A DNA stretch of 64,000 nucleotides from Heptranchias perlo (taxonomy: Eukaryota): positions 25,730,001 through 25,794,000 of the forward strand of contig NC_090370.1 of NCBI RefSeq assembly GCF_035084215.1. Direction: 5' to 3'. Below the pieces are notes generated by a model. That model was not told where the DNA came from, made no database searches, and saw only the letters and a list, made by a program, of their open reading frames with translations. This document shows positions 24,136 through 41,652 of this stretch, in pieces. The translations under genes were made by a program, and so were the position numbers. Each line of letters opens with the position of its first letter. Position 1 is the first letter of the stretch.

Positions 24136-24227
24136 CCAATCTTCTCACATTCCCCTTTCCCATCCTTTCCTTTATTGTCGATGTACTCAGCGTACGCCTT
24201 TTTCTTTAGTTTTAATTTTATTCATTA

Positions 24228-24360
24228 TTCGCGGGTGACTCACCTCCTGACTCCACAAAGCCTTTCCACCATCTACAAGGCACAAGTCAGGAGTGTGATG
24301 GAATACTCTCCACTTGCCTGGATGAGTGCAGCTCCAACAACACTCAAGAAGCTCGACACG
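24228..24360 (+). mobile_element. LINE RT C-terminal fragment (same family as 28755-30488)
   Basis: RVTHLLTPQSLSTIYKAQVRSVMEYSPLAWMSAAPTTLKKLDT. Confidence 0.8.
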
Positions 24361-24364
24361 GTGA

Positions 24365-24830
24365 AGGTTCCCATCTCTCTCTCTCTCTCCTCCCCTGAAG
24401 GTGCTGACTCTGACTAGGTTCAGTTCTACACTCACTGGTTCCCCTCCCTCTACTCCCCTGAAGGTGCTGACTCTGACTGGGTTCAGTTCTACACTCACTG
24501 GTTCCCCTATCTCTCCTCCCCTGACGGTGCTGACTCTGACTGGATTCAGTTCTACACTCACTGGTTCCCCTCCCTCTCCTCCCCTGAAAGTCCTGAATCT
24601 GACTGGGTTTAGTTCTGCACTCATTGTTTCACTTCCCACTCTCACCTCTCCCCCTCCCCCACCACGAATGACCAGGCTCTGACTGGGTTCAGTTCTGCAC
24701 TCATTGGTTCCTCTCCCTCTCTCACCCCTCTCCCCCCAAGCACGATGGTCAAGGCTCTGACTGGGTTCAGTTCCACACTCAGTGGTTCCCCTCCCTCTCC
24801 TCTCCTGAAGATGCTGACACTGGCTGGGTG
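24365..24830. repeat. Tandem repeat, ~60-bp unit
   Basis: Repeated GACTCTGACTGGGTTCAGTTCTACACTCACTGGTTCCCCTCCCTCTCCTCCCCTGAAGGTGCT. Confidence 0.85.
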
Positions 24831-24929
24831 TTTATGCTCTCCCCCTCATTTCGACATTCCGTCCCTCCCGATTGCTGCCGGTAAGCTGTCCATCTGTGGT
24901 ATCTCCCACTTTTGGCGACGAACTCTCTC

Positions 24930-25165
24930 TGACCAGTCACCATTTCTCCTTCATTTAAAGACGGTCCCTAATCTGTCACTATTTCTCCTTCATTTACAGA
25001 CACTCCCTGACCCGTCACCATTTCTCCTTCATTGAAAGACTCTCCCTGACCTGTCACCATTTCTCCTTCATTTAAAGGCTCTCCCTGACCAGTCACCATT
25101 TCTCCTTCATTTACAGTCACGACCTGACCCGTCAACATTTCTCCTTCATTTACAGACACACCCTA
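24930..25165. repeat. Tandem repeat, ~36-39-bp unit
   Basis: Repeated CCTGACCNGTCACCATTTCTCCTTCATTTA. Confidence 0.85.
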
Positions 25166-25264
25166 ACCAGTTCTCTCCTCTCTCCGCATCTCCCACCAGA
25201 TGTCCGTTCACTTGTGAACAAGGACCTTGCCATCCACAACCTTATTGCGGGTGGCTGCATCTGG

Positions 25265-25630
25265 AAACATAGGAACAGGAGTGAACCATTCCGCCACAGC
25301 TTGGTATCATAACCCTTAATACCCTGGCCAAACAAAAATCTATCAATCTCAATTTTCAAATTTTCAATTGACCCCCAGCCTCAACAGCATTTTGGAGTGA
25401 GGAGAGTTCCAGATTTCCACTACCCTTTGTGTGAAGAATTCCTTCTGACATCACCCCTCAACGGCCCAGCTCTAATTTTATGGTGATTCCCCCTTGTTCG
25501 AGACTCTCCCAACAGAGGAAACGGTTTCTCTGTATCGACCCTATCAAGTCCTTTAATCATCTGAAACACCTCAATTCGATCACCCCTTAATCTTGTATAT
25601 TCAAGTAAAGACAAGCCTAGTCTATGCATC
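25265..25630 (-). mobile_element. CR1 3' end
   Basis: LGLSLLEYTRLRGDRIEVFQMIKGLDRVD plus tail. Confidence 0.8.
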
Positions 25631-25734
25631 GATCCTCATAAATTATATAAGTGATCACTGTAAGTACAGGATAGAAATTCAGAACAGACAGTTTCAGTTT
25701 GTGTGGAACATTATTTTCTCCATAGTCCCAAGAA

Positions 25735-26670
25735 GATGCAAATCCCCCGTCCCACACTCTCCCTCTTTATCCCTATTAAGCTGTGAATCCCCCGTCCCAC
25801 ACTCTAACTCCTTGTTCCCATTCAGCTGTAAATCCCCCGTCCCACACTCTCCCTCCTTGTTCCTATTAAGCTGTAAATCCCCGTACCACAACACTCTCCC
25901 TCCTTGTTCCTATTAAGCTGTAAATCCCCAGTCCCACACTCTCCCTCCTCGTTCCGATTAAGCTGTAAACCTCCCGTCCCACACTCTCCCTCCTTGTCCC
26001 CATTCAGCTGTTAATCCCCGTACCACACACTCTCCCTCCTTGTGCCTATTAAGCTGAAAATCCCCCGTCCCACACTCTCCCTCCTCGTTCCGATTAAGCT
26101 GTAAATCCCCCGTCCCACACTCTCCCTCCTCGTTCCGATTAAGCTGAAAATCCCCCGTCCCACACTCTCCCTCCTCGTTCCTATTAAGCTGCAAATCCCC
26201 CGTCCCACACTCTCCCTCCTTGCTCCTATTAATCTGTAAATCCCCCGTCCCACACACTCTCCTTCCTTGTTCCCATTCAGCTGTAATTCCCCGTCTCGCA
26301 CTCTCCCTCATTGTCCCCATTCAGCTGTTAATCCCCGTACCACACACTCTCCCTCCTTGTGCCGATTGAGCTGAAAATCCCCCGTCCCACACTCTCCCTC
26401 CTCGTTCCGATTAAGCTGTAAATCCCCCGTCCCACACTTTCCCTCCTCGTTCCTATTAAGCTGTAAATCCCCCGTCCCACACTTTCCCTCCTCGTTCCGA
26501 TTAAGCTGTAAATCCCCGTACCACACACTCTCCCTCCTCGTTCCGATTAAGCTGCAAATCCCCCGTCCCACACTCTCCCTCCTCGTTCCTATTCAGCTGT
26601 AAATCCCCCGTCCCACACTCTCCCTCCTTGTTCCTATTAATCTGTAAATCCCCCCCACACACACTCTATC
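25735..26670. repeat. Minisatellite, 45-bp unit (~20 copies)
   Basis: CTGTAAATCCCCCGTCCCACACTCTCCCTCCTCGTTCCGATTAAG repeated. Confidence 0.95.
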
Positions 26671-27369
26671 TCCTTGACACGTCCTCACTGTTTGAAATCC
26701 AAATTCATTGCAGGCTCTAATTTTCTCCCTTTCTCTCCTGAAGGTGCAGCGTGATGGTGGGGTTCGGCCCCAGTCACTGTCTGCCCTCCAGTACCCGGCC
26801 AAGTGGTAATTCTGCAGTTGAGAGCCGAAACAGCGAGCTGCCGGTATTTCGACCATCGGTAGCCGCCGTCTCTGGCTGATTCTCTCCGGCAAATCTGAGG
26901 CCAACGGTGGCAGATCAACAATAACCTGCATTCACACTGAGCGGAGTCTCAGCAACACCGAGTGCTGCTCAGGCCCTGAATCAGAGCCGGGGGACCCGGC
27001 GGACTGGCGGGCGGGGGCCCCGGACATGTATTAAACCGATCACCCAGCGCCTCCCACGTCCAACCCGCCGCTTCCCGATTTCTTCTCCCGTTTCCACCGA
27101 GTCCGACTCGAGACAAGAGACAGGGCAGCGGCGCTCCCAGAATGCGGGGCGGGCCTGGGGAGCTTGCGCCGTCTGAGCGGAAATGCAGCGCCTTGGAGAG
27201 ATAGAGGGGTTTCTGGGGCGCGGGGAATGTGGGGCCGGTGGCCGCCATTAGTCGCCGGGCGTCGTTCAGTGTTTTATTGCCCGCGTCGCGCACAGAACCG
27301 TTTCTCGAAATGCAGACTGAGGAGTTCAGAGCCGGTTTGCTGAACAGACACTGACCGTACAATGTAGAA

Positions 27370-31340
<3,971 letters not shown>

Positions 31341-32084
31341 ATTTTGGGAATTAAGGTTTGGTGATTAAGCCGCCCCTGACTCATTTCCCCGTAATACTGG
31401 GCCCAGACCAGCACCACTCACCGTGGCTTTGGCGGCGAGGAAGGGCGCGTCCTGGTTGATTCTCGGAAACACGAAACCTAACAGAATGACTATTCCACTG
31501 GAACAAGGTCATCGCTCCACAGAATGAAATGACTGTCTGTCATCTGCCCAACGGAAATTACCTGATAAAAACGTGAATGTGAACTTCAGTCCAACATTCA
31601 ACCAATCAATGTCACGCAATCACAAGTTCTGATTACAAAACTGCCCGTGACATTTCATCTCTTTATGAAATAATTGTTTGCCCTTTTCTTATTTAATGTC
31701 CAGTTGTGGTTCATTTGATTTTCTCGACCGCACCCATTTAATGGCAGTGAGCTGATATTGCCAATCGGGCTCAGCATTCTCTGGCAAGCAGTTACCTGCC
31801 CTATAAGCTCCGCTGATAACCTGATATCTGACGAATTTCCTTTCCATGTTCCATTACATTTATGCTTTTATTTTTAGGGTTCAAACGAGGGGGCACAAAG
31901 TTAAACACAAAGCAATTTGGCAACATGCAGGTCTCCCAATCAACGCAAGAGCACGCAGAAGGAATCCCAATGGACCAAACCCCTTCTCATTCACTGCCAC
32001 TGGAAAAAAATCCGAACGGACCAACCCCTTTCCTATTCCCTCCCATTGCAGAGAATCCCAAAGAGAAAAAACCCTTCACAGTCC

Positions 32085-33035
32085 AAGCATTAAAGAGAGT
32101 GCGGTGCCCAGAACTGAACACAGTTCTCGAAATGAGGTCTAACCAGAGCTCTGTATAACTGTGACATAACTTCCACTCCTTTTTATTCCAGTTCCCTTGA
32201 GATAAAGATCAAAATTTAATCTCCATTTCACCTTATATTTTTTGTGAATTCTGTACTTGGACCCATAAATCTCTATCCTCCCCCACAGTTCCTTGCTTTT
32301 TGCCATTTAGAAAATACTCTGATCTATCTTTTTAAGTTTCAAAGTGGATGACCTCACACTTTCCCACGTTGAACTCCATCTGCCACTGTCTTGCCCACTC
32401 ACTTAATCTATCAATGTCCCTTTGCAACTTTCTGCTCCCATCTATAATGCTTACTGTGCCACCTAACTTAGTTTCGTCAGCACACTGGGATATAAGGTTC
32501 TCTGCATAAGAACAGAACAAATAGGAGCAGGAGTAGGGCCGACGGCCCCTCGAGCCTGTTCCGCCATTCAATCAGACCATGGCTGATCTTCGACCTCAAC
32601 TCCACTTTCCCGCCCGATCACCATATACCTTGATTCCCCTAAAATCCAAAAGTCGATCGATCACAGACTTCAATATACTCAACGGCTGAGCGTTCAAAGT
32701 CCTCTGGGTGAGAGAATTCCGAAGATTCACAACCCTTTGAGTGAAGATTTTTTTCCTCATATTGGTCCTAAATGGCCGACCCCTTATCTTGAGACTATGA
32801 CCTCCAGTTCTTGACTCTCCAGCCAGGGGAATCAGCCTCTCAGCAACTACACTGTCAAGCCGTCGAAGATTTTTATACATTGCAATGTGATCACCTCTCT
32901 TTCTTCTAAACTCCAGCGAATGTAGACCAATTTTACACAATATCTCCTCACAGTAAAATTGCAGCAAATCCTCCTTACTCTTATATTCCAACACCCTTGC
33001 AATGAAGACGAATATTTTATTTGCCTTCCTCACTC
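32085..33035 (-). mobile_element. Two CR1 ORF2/3' fragments
   Basis: ADETKLGG..LQRDIDRLSEWARQWQMEFNVGKCEVIHF and IFTQRVVNL plus tail. Confidence 0.85.
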
Positions 33036-33218
33036 TCATTAGACCCTTGGTAACTCACTATTTCCAGTATGTTTTTCCTCTATTCCTTCTGTTGGGAAAA
33101 TAAATCATTGTTGAAAACATTTCACTCTAATTATACCAGTTTCTGTTTGGGGAACAAAATGCAGCTGAACTGCAAACTTAGAGTTTCTGAAGAAAGCGGA
33201 TTAATGTGAACGTTGAAT

Positions 33219-33289
33219 TGCGATGGCCGGGAATCGAACCCGGATCAACTGCTGGAAGGCAGCTATACTCACCACCATACCACCATCGC
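33219..33289 (-). tRNA. tRNA-Gly(TCC) with a 6-nt anticodon loop (probable pseudogene)
   Basis: GCGATGGTGGTATGGTGGTGAGTATAGCTGCCTTCCAGCAGTTGATCCGGGTTCGATTCCCGGCCATCGCA. Confidence 0.8.
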
Positions 33290-33886
33290 CGAAAAAAAGT
33301 TATCAATAAAATGGTTCCCAACCATCAGATCCTGAACATCCACTGCAGGCTGTTGCATTTTTTTCTTCAGTTGAACTGGTTTCTGACGGATCCTTTCTCG
33401 CTCTGTCGCAGTTCCCGTTTCCGCCCAGTAGATGACGCCAAGCCCCAATCAATGGAAATTACACAACAGCCAGTAATTGTTCACCTGATATCGGACTGAA
33501 GAGATCGTCGATCCCTGCAATACTTGACCAGTGGAAATACACATTGCCGCAACTCACATCAGCCATTGTGTAACATTAAGTAATTTCCTTAAATCATTCT
33601 GGAGACCTGAGTACGAACTGGGCACAAATGGCAACTTAATATTCAAGTCGAAAAGATCTTTAGAAAGGACCGAGAAGTAGGGAAAGGAGGAGGAACAGCA
33701 ATATTGCTAATGGAAAATATTACAGTAGTTGAAAGATAGAATATCAGTGAGCGTGAGGGGGCAATGTAAACACTCCGAGAGAGACCGATCAAAAGTGGCC
33801 CCATTGTAATCCTCCAGAAGGTGTAAGAAGGGCGAGTTGGGGAGGATTTCTTCATTCTTTGTGAAAGTGTTTGTGAGATTGTGGAA

Positions 33887-34281
<395 letters not shown>

Positions 34282-36239
34282 ACCCACTGTATCTGTGAAA
34301 GGGCTGGTTACTGTCTGAAGGGAGACGCTGATATCATGCTACCAGTGTTGCTTTGAGCTGCTTTTTTCTCGTTGTGGACGAGATGAGGTATTAATGGGAC
34401 TGGAGTCGGGGCACCGACCACATTCCGAGACTTTAAACCGTAACTTATGGACCCCAGTCCACACATCACCAGATTTGTTGTACTTATTTAAACTACTTCT
34501 CATGCTGGGCTCGTAAAGCATCACCAGAACTGCTCGACTAAACTTTCCACATCAGTGGGATTCAGCGCTTCGCTCCGTTTCTGTTCTATTTTGTTGGATT
34601 ATTCAAATAACTCATCAAACTCACTGGGGAATCACTGAAATGCAACTCTGTACAGAAACAAATGACAGTGAACGGCCTGGTGCCCAGGAGATCAGAAATA
34701 TTATTCGCCTTTCGCCTTGTTGACCAGTAAACCGTGTTTCGAGTCCACCTACCCGCGTTGGTTCCACATGGGAATCAAATAGAGAGGGCGGGAGGGGAGG
34801 AGTCAGAGTGATGGACAGGGCGGAGAGCGGCCTCTGATCTTCCAGCTCCACCTCCAGCTTTCTCCACTCGCCAATTTCAAACCGTTTATTGATAATAGAA
34901 CCGAAACACAGCGCTCCGCACAAACCCTGACAGACTCGGGCTTCATATTCAAGGATTCCCAGGAACCCGGAGCTTTTAAATAAACCCCGTTACAATTAAC
35001 AGACAGTAATATTCCTGCCTAAATACAGTCCCTTCGACAACAAGTCAAACCGTCTCCTTCCATTTCAGTCCCACACCCGATTCTATCTCCCCACACATCC
35101 CCTCCCAGACGGGTTCAGCGTTTTACAAACACCTTATTCCAGCTGATTTGGAGAATCTCATATGTTGGGGTTTGAGTTATGACGCGGAGTTTCTCCGCCA
35201 GTGTTACCGTCTCACAGAGACTCTCGTCCTGAATCTGTGAAAAGAAAATGACCATGAACTGGGAGTGGAGCCGAACACATCCCCAGTTACAGTGAGGCTC
35301 GGACACCCCATTCTCTCTGTTTTATATCAGACAGTATTCCACCTTCATGTCCAGCACTTGAGAGAGACACACACTTTCAGTCTTACACTTCCGATCAGTG
35401 TGTTCATATCACCCTCAATAACTGTATCCAACCTTCAAATACAGCAGCAGAGAGTGAGAGAGAAAGGGAGACAGATACGGTGACAGAGCGAGCGGAGAGG
35501 CACAGTGCCACAGTATCAGTTCCAGACTGACCTGTAAAGTTGCGTTTTATGCAGAAAATCCCGTTGGAGAGACAGAAGATGCATTCTTATCTCTCATGGA
35601 TATACCAGAGACGGACACACTGTTAATCCCACACTCAAGGACAGTACAGAGAGTGACAAAAACAATGTGGGCCGAATTTAACCCTCTCTTGCCGGTTGTA
35701 CTATATTCGGTTTTGCAGATCAGGTCCGTTCGTTATTACTCTCAGTGACCGAGAGTTTCACTCTGATTACATTAATCTGGGACTGTTGCTGTCTGATATT
35801 AATCCTACACAGTCCCAGCAAATACACCGACTCCCGCTTTCCTCCCATGTTCCTCCAGGATTGGTTTGAGAAATCCTCCCTCCAGTTTCGGGTTCACGCG
35901 TTACTTTATCAGTAAAGGGACCAAGAATAAACAGAACCCATTGGCTCATTTCACAGCCGTCCACGTTATCTCTGATTGACCCTTTACCATAAAAAGATAC
36001 CGAGAGAAACAGCAGGGATGGAAACATCCAGTTGAACAGTGAGAGATTGTAAAGTCAGTCTGGATTCCAGCGTTCGGCACTGGTGGAATCCCATCTGTTT
36101 TCCATTCTGGTGCCTGTTCCTGCACTGCCTGTGGACCCCATTCCCTCTGACCTTTCCCCCACTTCCTTTGCTCAGACTCTGAAAAATTCCAACTGGGGAA
36201 AGTTTCCATCGATTTTGGTATTGCGAATTAAACCAGATA

Positions 36240-36370
36240 TCTGCGCATGCGTGACACAGCCCCGCCCCCAGCGCTGCTTACTGGTGAGCAGAAGAGCGCA
36301 TGCGCGCTCCCCTCCCCCAGCTCGGCATGTGGGCGCCATTCCCTCAGTGAGCGGAAGAAGATGGTTAAAA
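36240..36370. promoter_or_regulatory. CpG-rich promoter-like segment (2x NRF1 GCGCATGCG, GC box, ETS CGGAAG)
   Basis: TGCGCATGCG at 36242-36251, GCGCATGCGCGC at ~36296-36307, CCCCGCCCC, GCGGAAGAAGATGG. Confidence 0.5.
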
Positions 36371-37169
36371 ACAGCCGGGAATGGAGAGATCACGGCCCCC
36401 GGGGGAAGGGAGCAAAGAGCAGCCTCGTTACAGCAGCTCATCGCTTCGGGACCGTGTCCGCAGATGGGCTCAGAGATCGGCATTGAGTCCGGGGGAAGGT
36501 CAGGGGGAGTCCGGGGGCTGTTTGTAAGAGGCGGAGTGGATCAGGATCTCGTCCCGGAACATGGAGTGAGCGGGGGAAGGAAGAGGTCATTCTCGGGCTG
36601 GGTGTGTCCAGGGTGTGTCCAGGGTGAGGGAGACAGAATGGGAAGAGCAGGTTGTTTGAAATCATTGCTGCTTTCTCTCCCCAAACCAGTGGTGAATTGT
36701 TCCTGGTTTAGTTCCAGTCTCACCCTGTTTATTGTGATTGGACAGTGAACAGTGGAAACAGAGCCGGACAGTAAGGATATGGGGAGTGATACAAAGAGCA
36801 TCTATTGCAGGCACCAGGTGACAAGTGTGAACACGTTTTAAACAGCGGCTGTTATGTTTCGGTTGAACGGTTAGTTCCATGGTGGAGGGTATTAGAAACC
36901 TGACCTGTACAAAGGTCCCTGCCCCATCGGGTAGTGCCATTCATGGATCAGTGCAGGGGTTGTGTTGTGTCTGGATGTCACCAAATTGTTGTCAAACAGC
37001 CCAACACACCTGGTGTGCAGAAGCTGAGAGCTGCAGTACTGCAGTGGAGTCAGACACTGACACTGTTTGTATGTTTGTATCGCTGGTTTTCATTTGTGGT
37101 TATTACAATGATTATTAATTGTAAACAATTTTACAACACCAAGTTATAGTCCAACAAATTTATTTTAAA

Positions 37170-37209
37170 TTCCACAAGCTTTCGGAGGCTTCCTCCTTCG
37201 TCAGGTGAA
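37170..37209 (-). ncRNA. Minimal type I hammerhead ribozyme
   Basis: TTCAC-CTGACGA-AGGAGGAAGCCTCC-GAAA-GCTT-GTGGAA. Confidence 0.75.
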
Positions 37210-38092
37210 CGGTGTGGAAATGAAATTTTCGAATCCTTCGCATTTTAAAATCACAGAACAATGCCTGGTGATTACTGCCTGTTGCCAAGGCAATCACAGT
37301 GAGCAGACAGAAAGGTGTCACCTAAAAAGGCGACCGAATATACAAACCCCCCAAAAAAAAGAGAGAGAGAGAGAAGGAACACAGTCAATGACCCGTTATA
37401 TTAAAAACAGATAACATTTGTTCGCTGGTGGGGTTACGTGTGGTGTGACATGAACCCAAGACCCCGGTTGAGGCCGTCCGCATGGGTGCGGAACTTGGCT
37501 ATCAATTTCTGCTCAACGATTTTGCGTTGTCGTGTGTCTCGAAGGCCGCCTCGGCCAACGTTGTCTACCTCATACGTTGCAGGAAAGGATGCCCCAGAGC
37601 ATGGTACATTGGCGAGACCATGCAGACACTGCGACAACGGATGAACGGACACCGCGCAACAATCGCCAAACAGGAGGGTTCTCTCCCTGTCGGGGAACAC
37701 TTTAGCAGTCATGGACATTCAGCCACCGACCTTCGGGTAAACATACTCCAAGGCGGCCTTCGAGACACACGACAACGCAAAATCGTTGAGCAGAAATTGA
37801 CAGCCAAGTTCCGCACCCATGAGGACGGCCTCAACCGGGGTCTTGGGTTCATGTCACACTACACGTAACCCCACCAGCGAACAAATGTTATCTGTTTTCA
37901 ATATAACGGGTCATTGACTGTGTTCCTTCTCTCTCTCTCTCTTTTTTTGGGGGGGTTTGTATATTCGGTGGCCTTTTTAGGTGACACCTTTCTGTCTGCT
38001 CACTGTGATTGCCTTGGCAACGGGCAGTAATCACCAGGCATTGTTCTGTGATTTTAAAATGCGAAGGTTTCGAAAATTTCATTTCCACACCG

Positions 38093-38132
38093 TTCACCTG
38101 ACGAAGGAGGAAGCCTCCGAAAGCTTGTGGAA
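38093..38132 (+). ncRNA. Minimal type I hammerhead ribozyme
   Basis: TTCAC-CTGACGA-AGGAGGAAGCCTCC-GAAA-GCTT-GTGGAA: CUGANGA and GAAA core, stem II GGAGG/CCTCC, palindromic AGCT as stem III. Confidence 0.75.
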
Positions 38133-38779
38133 TTTAAAATAAATTTGTTGGACTATAACTTGGTGTTGTAAAATTGTTTACAATTGTCAACCCCAGTCCA
38201 TCACCGGCATCTCCACATAATGATTATTAACGGAGAGATTCAATTGATCACTTTTGTATTTTCCACTTCACCTGTTCTTGAGTTACAAGAGATACTTTTT
38301 CTTCCTACAGTCAAATCCTTGAAGGACCCAGAATCAGTGTGATGTTTATTCCACCCGAGCCACAAGGAGCAGTCAGTGCAGCCAGCTCCTTCTCACACAC
38401 AGTAAGTACATTATCACTCACAGAGCACAGAGACACAGACAGGTCATCAGTCCCACAATCTCAGACAGCAGAAATAGTCAGTCGCACACTGACCCCAATC
38501 CAACACTCAAACAGAGCAGGAGAGACAGACGTAATTTCCATTTCACAACGACTCAGTACTGCTGACCGGCAGATAAATAATTCCCAGTCCAAAATCACAC
38601 CCAGTATCAGATTGAAAGGCACTGTGTCAATCTCACATTAGTTCAGCCTTAGCTACAAATTAAACACCAGATAGAACTGACACATGGTACTGATTGATAG
38701 GTACAGAATGAATCAGAATAGTGTGCTCCAAGATTCAAATTAAATACCAGCCCACAACTCTCACACATTATGAGTTTAA

Positions 38780-40100
38780 AGATGCAGTATTAATGCCACT
38801 ATTGTGCACTGAGATACAAATGAGATACCAGTTCAGATGTTACCCATTTTTGACTCACATATATGTCCAAAAACTTCATAGTGTCAGAATGAAATGTACA
38901 GTTTCAATTCATTCACTGCAGACTGAGGTACACATTAGATACCAGTCCAAAATTCTCATACATGTAAGGCTGAAAGAGAGAGTATCAACCCCATTCTTGC
39001 AGACTGAGCAACACATCACATACCAGTCCAAAAATCTCAGTGTCAGGTTGAAATATACAGTATCAATTCCAGAAGTGCAGATTGAGTTCCACATTATATA
39101 CCAGTCCAAAATTCGCATAAAGTATCGTACTGGAAGATACAGTATCAATCCCATTAGTGCAGACTGAGGTACACATCAGTTACCTGTCCAAAAATCACAC
39201 TGTGTAAAATGAAAGGCACAGTGTCAATTCCTTTATTGCAGACAGAGGTTCATAATAGATAACTGTCCAAAAATCTGGTACAGTATTATAGTGAAAGATA
39301 TAGTGTCGATGTGATTAGTACAGAATGACCTACACGTTACATACCAGTATAAAAATCTCACACAGTATTAGACTGGAAGATACAGTATCAATCCCATTAG
39401 TGCGGACTGAGGTACACATTAGATACCAGTCCAAAAGTCACATTCAGTGTCAAATTGAAAGATACAGTATCAATTCCATTAGTGTAGACTGAACTACACC
39501 TTACAAACCAGTCTAAATATATTACACAGTATCAGACTGAAAGGTACAGTATGAATTCCATTAGTGCAGACTGAGCTACACATTATATATCGTCCAAAAA
39601 TCTCATACATTATCATACTGAAACATACAGTATGAATCCTTTTAGTGTAGACTAAGCTAAACATAACAAAGCTGTCCAAAAATCCCTCGCTGTGTCTGAC
39701 TGAAAGTTAGAGTGTCAATTCCATTGGTACAGACAGAACCACACATCACATATCAGTCCAAAAATCACATACAGTGTCAGACTGAAACATACAGTATCAA
39801 TTCCATTCGTACAGACTGAGCGACACCGAACACACCAATCCAAAAATCTCATTCAGTGTCAGACTGAAATGTACAGTATCAATTCCATTAGTACAGACTG
39901 AGCGACACCGAACACACCAATCAAAAAATCTCATACAGTGTCAGACTGAAACGTACAGTATCAATTCCATTCGTACAGACTGAGCGACACCGAACACACC
40001 AATCGAAAAATCTCATTCAGTGTCAGACTGAAAGATACAATATCAATTCCATTAGCCCAGACTGAGCGACACAATAAATACCAGTCCAATAATTTCACAG
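38780..40100. repeat. Satellite, 82-bp unit
   Basis: ACTGAAA recurs at 39781, 39863 and 39945. Unit contains CAGTATCAATTCCATTAGTGCAGACTGAG..CCAGTCCAAAAATCTC. Confidence 0.9.
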
Positions 40101-40329
40101 TAAAAGGTTGAAGTGAACATTATCTTCACAGAGATTAAGATACAATCATACAACAAAACTCACACATGTTGTTTGATTAAAACAAAATCCAAAAGCGTAT
40201 CCATATTTACACATTAATGCCGGACAAAAGATTTGCATACATTCGTGAATTAAAGACACAGTTTCAAGCACCATACTGCAACCTGAAATAAGAATACAGA
40301 ACGAATCCAGACTTGCACTTTGCCCAGAG

Positions 40330-40820
40330 ACTGAGTTACAGAATGAATCCCACACTGTGATAGAATACCAGAGATTGACAGATACCGAATGAATCCCACA
40401 CTCACACACATTCCCAGAGATTGACAGAAACAGAATGAATCCCACACTCACAGATAGCACCAGAGATTGACAGATACAGAATGAATCCCACACTCACACA
40501 CATTCCCTGAGATTGACAGATACAGAATGAATCCCACACTCACACACATTCCCTGAGATTGACAGATATAGAATGAATCCCACACTCACAGATAGCACCA
40601 GAGATTGACAGATACAGAATGAATCCCACACACACACATTCCCAGAGATTGACAGAAACAGAATGAATCCCACACTCACAGATAGCACCAGAGATTGACA
40701 GATACAGAATGAATCCCACACTCACAGACTGTACTGGAGACTGACTGATACAGAATTAATATCACACTCACATACAGTATCAGAGACTGACAGACAGAGA
40801 ATTAATCTCACACTCTCATA
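40330..40820. repeat. Minisatellite, ~44-46-bp unit
   Basis: GAGATTGACAGATACAGAATGAATCCCACACTCACA repeated. Confidence 0.9.
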
Positions 40821-41580
40821 CAATCTGACATCTACTGGCCATAAGTGAGAACTGTAACAGAGTGGAACAAATTCACATTATCTGTCGTTGTTACAGATTC
40901 AGGACAATGTGCAATGTGAGGAAATAGTTTCTCTCTGTAACTTCTACTCTCGTATTTTTTCATATTTTTTCAGTGAAAATTGGACAATTGATTCATAATA
41001 AAGTTTTTGTTTTGCTCATTCGAAAGTTGCCCCATTGTATTTCACTCTACATTGCGCAATATTTCTGTCTGATTTCTCAGGACACGATTTATATTAATCC
41101 AAATAAACCAAACTGAAACACAAATAAAAACTGAGCGCAAATCTGGAAGTTTGAATGGCGACCGTCAAAAGTGAAAGGGACAAAATATAGAAAAAAATTA
41201 AAACCGAAAATGCTGGAAAGGCTCAGCAGGTCCGGCAGCATCTGTGGAGAAGGGAAGCTCGGGTTAACGGTTCACGACTATGACCCTTCTCTCGATCAGA
41301 AAGGTTAATCAGACATAATTTAAATACGGAACGGGAATCAGCAGACGGAAAACCTTCAGAAAATCAATTAATTTCACTGAATCCGAGCAATTGAGTCCCG
41401 TATCCACCATTCAGATCAGGGCAAGTAATAATACAAAGGAACAGAGTTAAATTCAACGTTATGGGGGAAATAAATGAATTTTAGAAGTATTTTTACATGA
41501 ATTAGACCCGTTTGTGTTTTGGAAACACGATCACTCTGAACATCGTCAAATTCAGTTCCAGTCTTGGTGTTTCTGAATTC

Positions 41581-41652
41581 AGCGTGCTGGGATTCAAATC
41601 TGTTGGAATTAACTGCTTGTAAGGCAGCGATACTCACCATTATAGTGCCTTA
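41581..41652 (-). pseudogene. tRNA-Gly(TCC)-derived relic
   Basis: Mirror of 61765-61836. Confidence 0.5.

Larger units (their letters stand above)
37119..38218 (+). mobile_element. Penelope-like element 3' end (GIY-YIG endonuclease) with an inverted 3' copy and 12-bp TSD
   Basis: ANVVYLIRCRKGCPRAWYIGETMQTLRQRMNGH..GLN. Inverted repeat ~37117-37551 / 37751-38186. TSD AATGATTATTAA at 37107-37118 and 38219-38230. Empty site in the paralog at ~52736. Confidence 0.92.

Noticed and set aside
25735-26670. CRISPR-like or repeat-protein appearance
   Set aside because: Head-to-tail minisatellite with no unique spacers, in a eukaryotic context.
26700-27360. GC-rich segment with a polypyrimidine/AG acceptor-like site
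   Set aside because: No identifiable protein, and the plus-strand frames following the acceptor contain stops.
36083-36748. 221-aa ORF repeated at 51717-52325
   Set aside because: GTG start, no recognisable domain, GC-rich, and the C-termini diverge by frameshift. Recent duplication explains the similarity.
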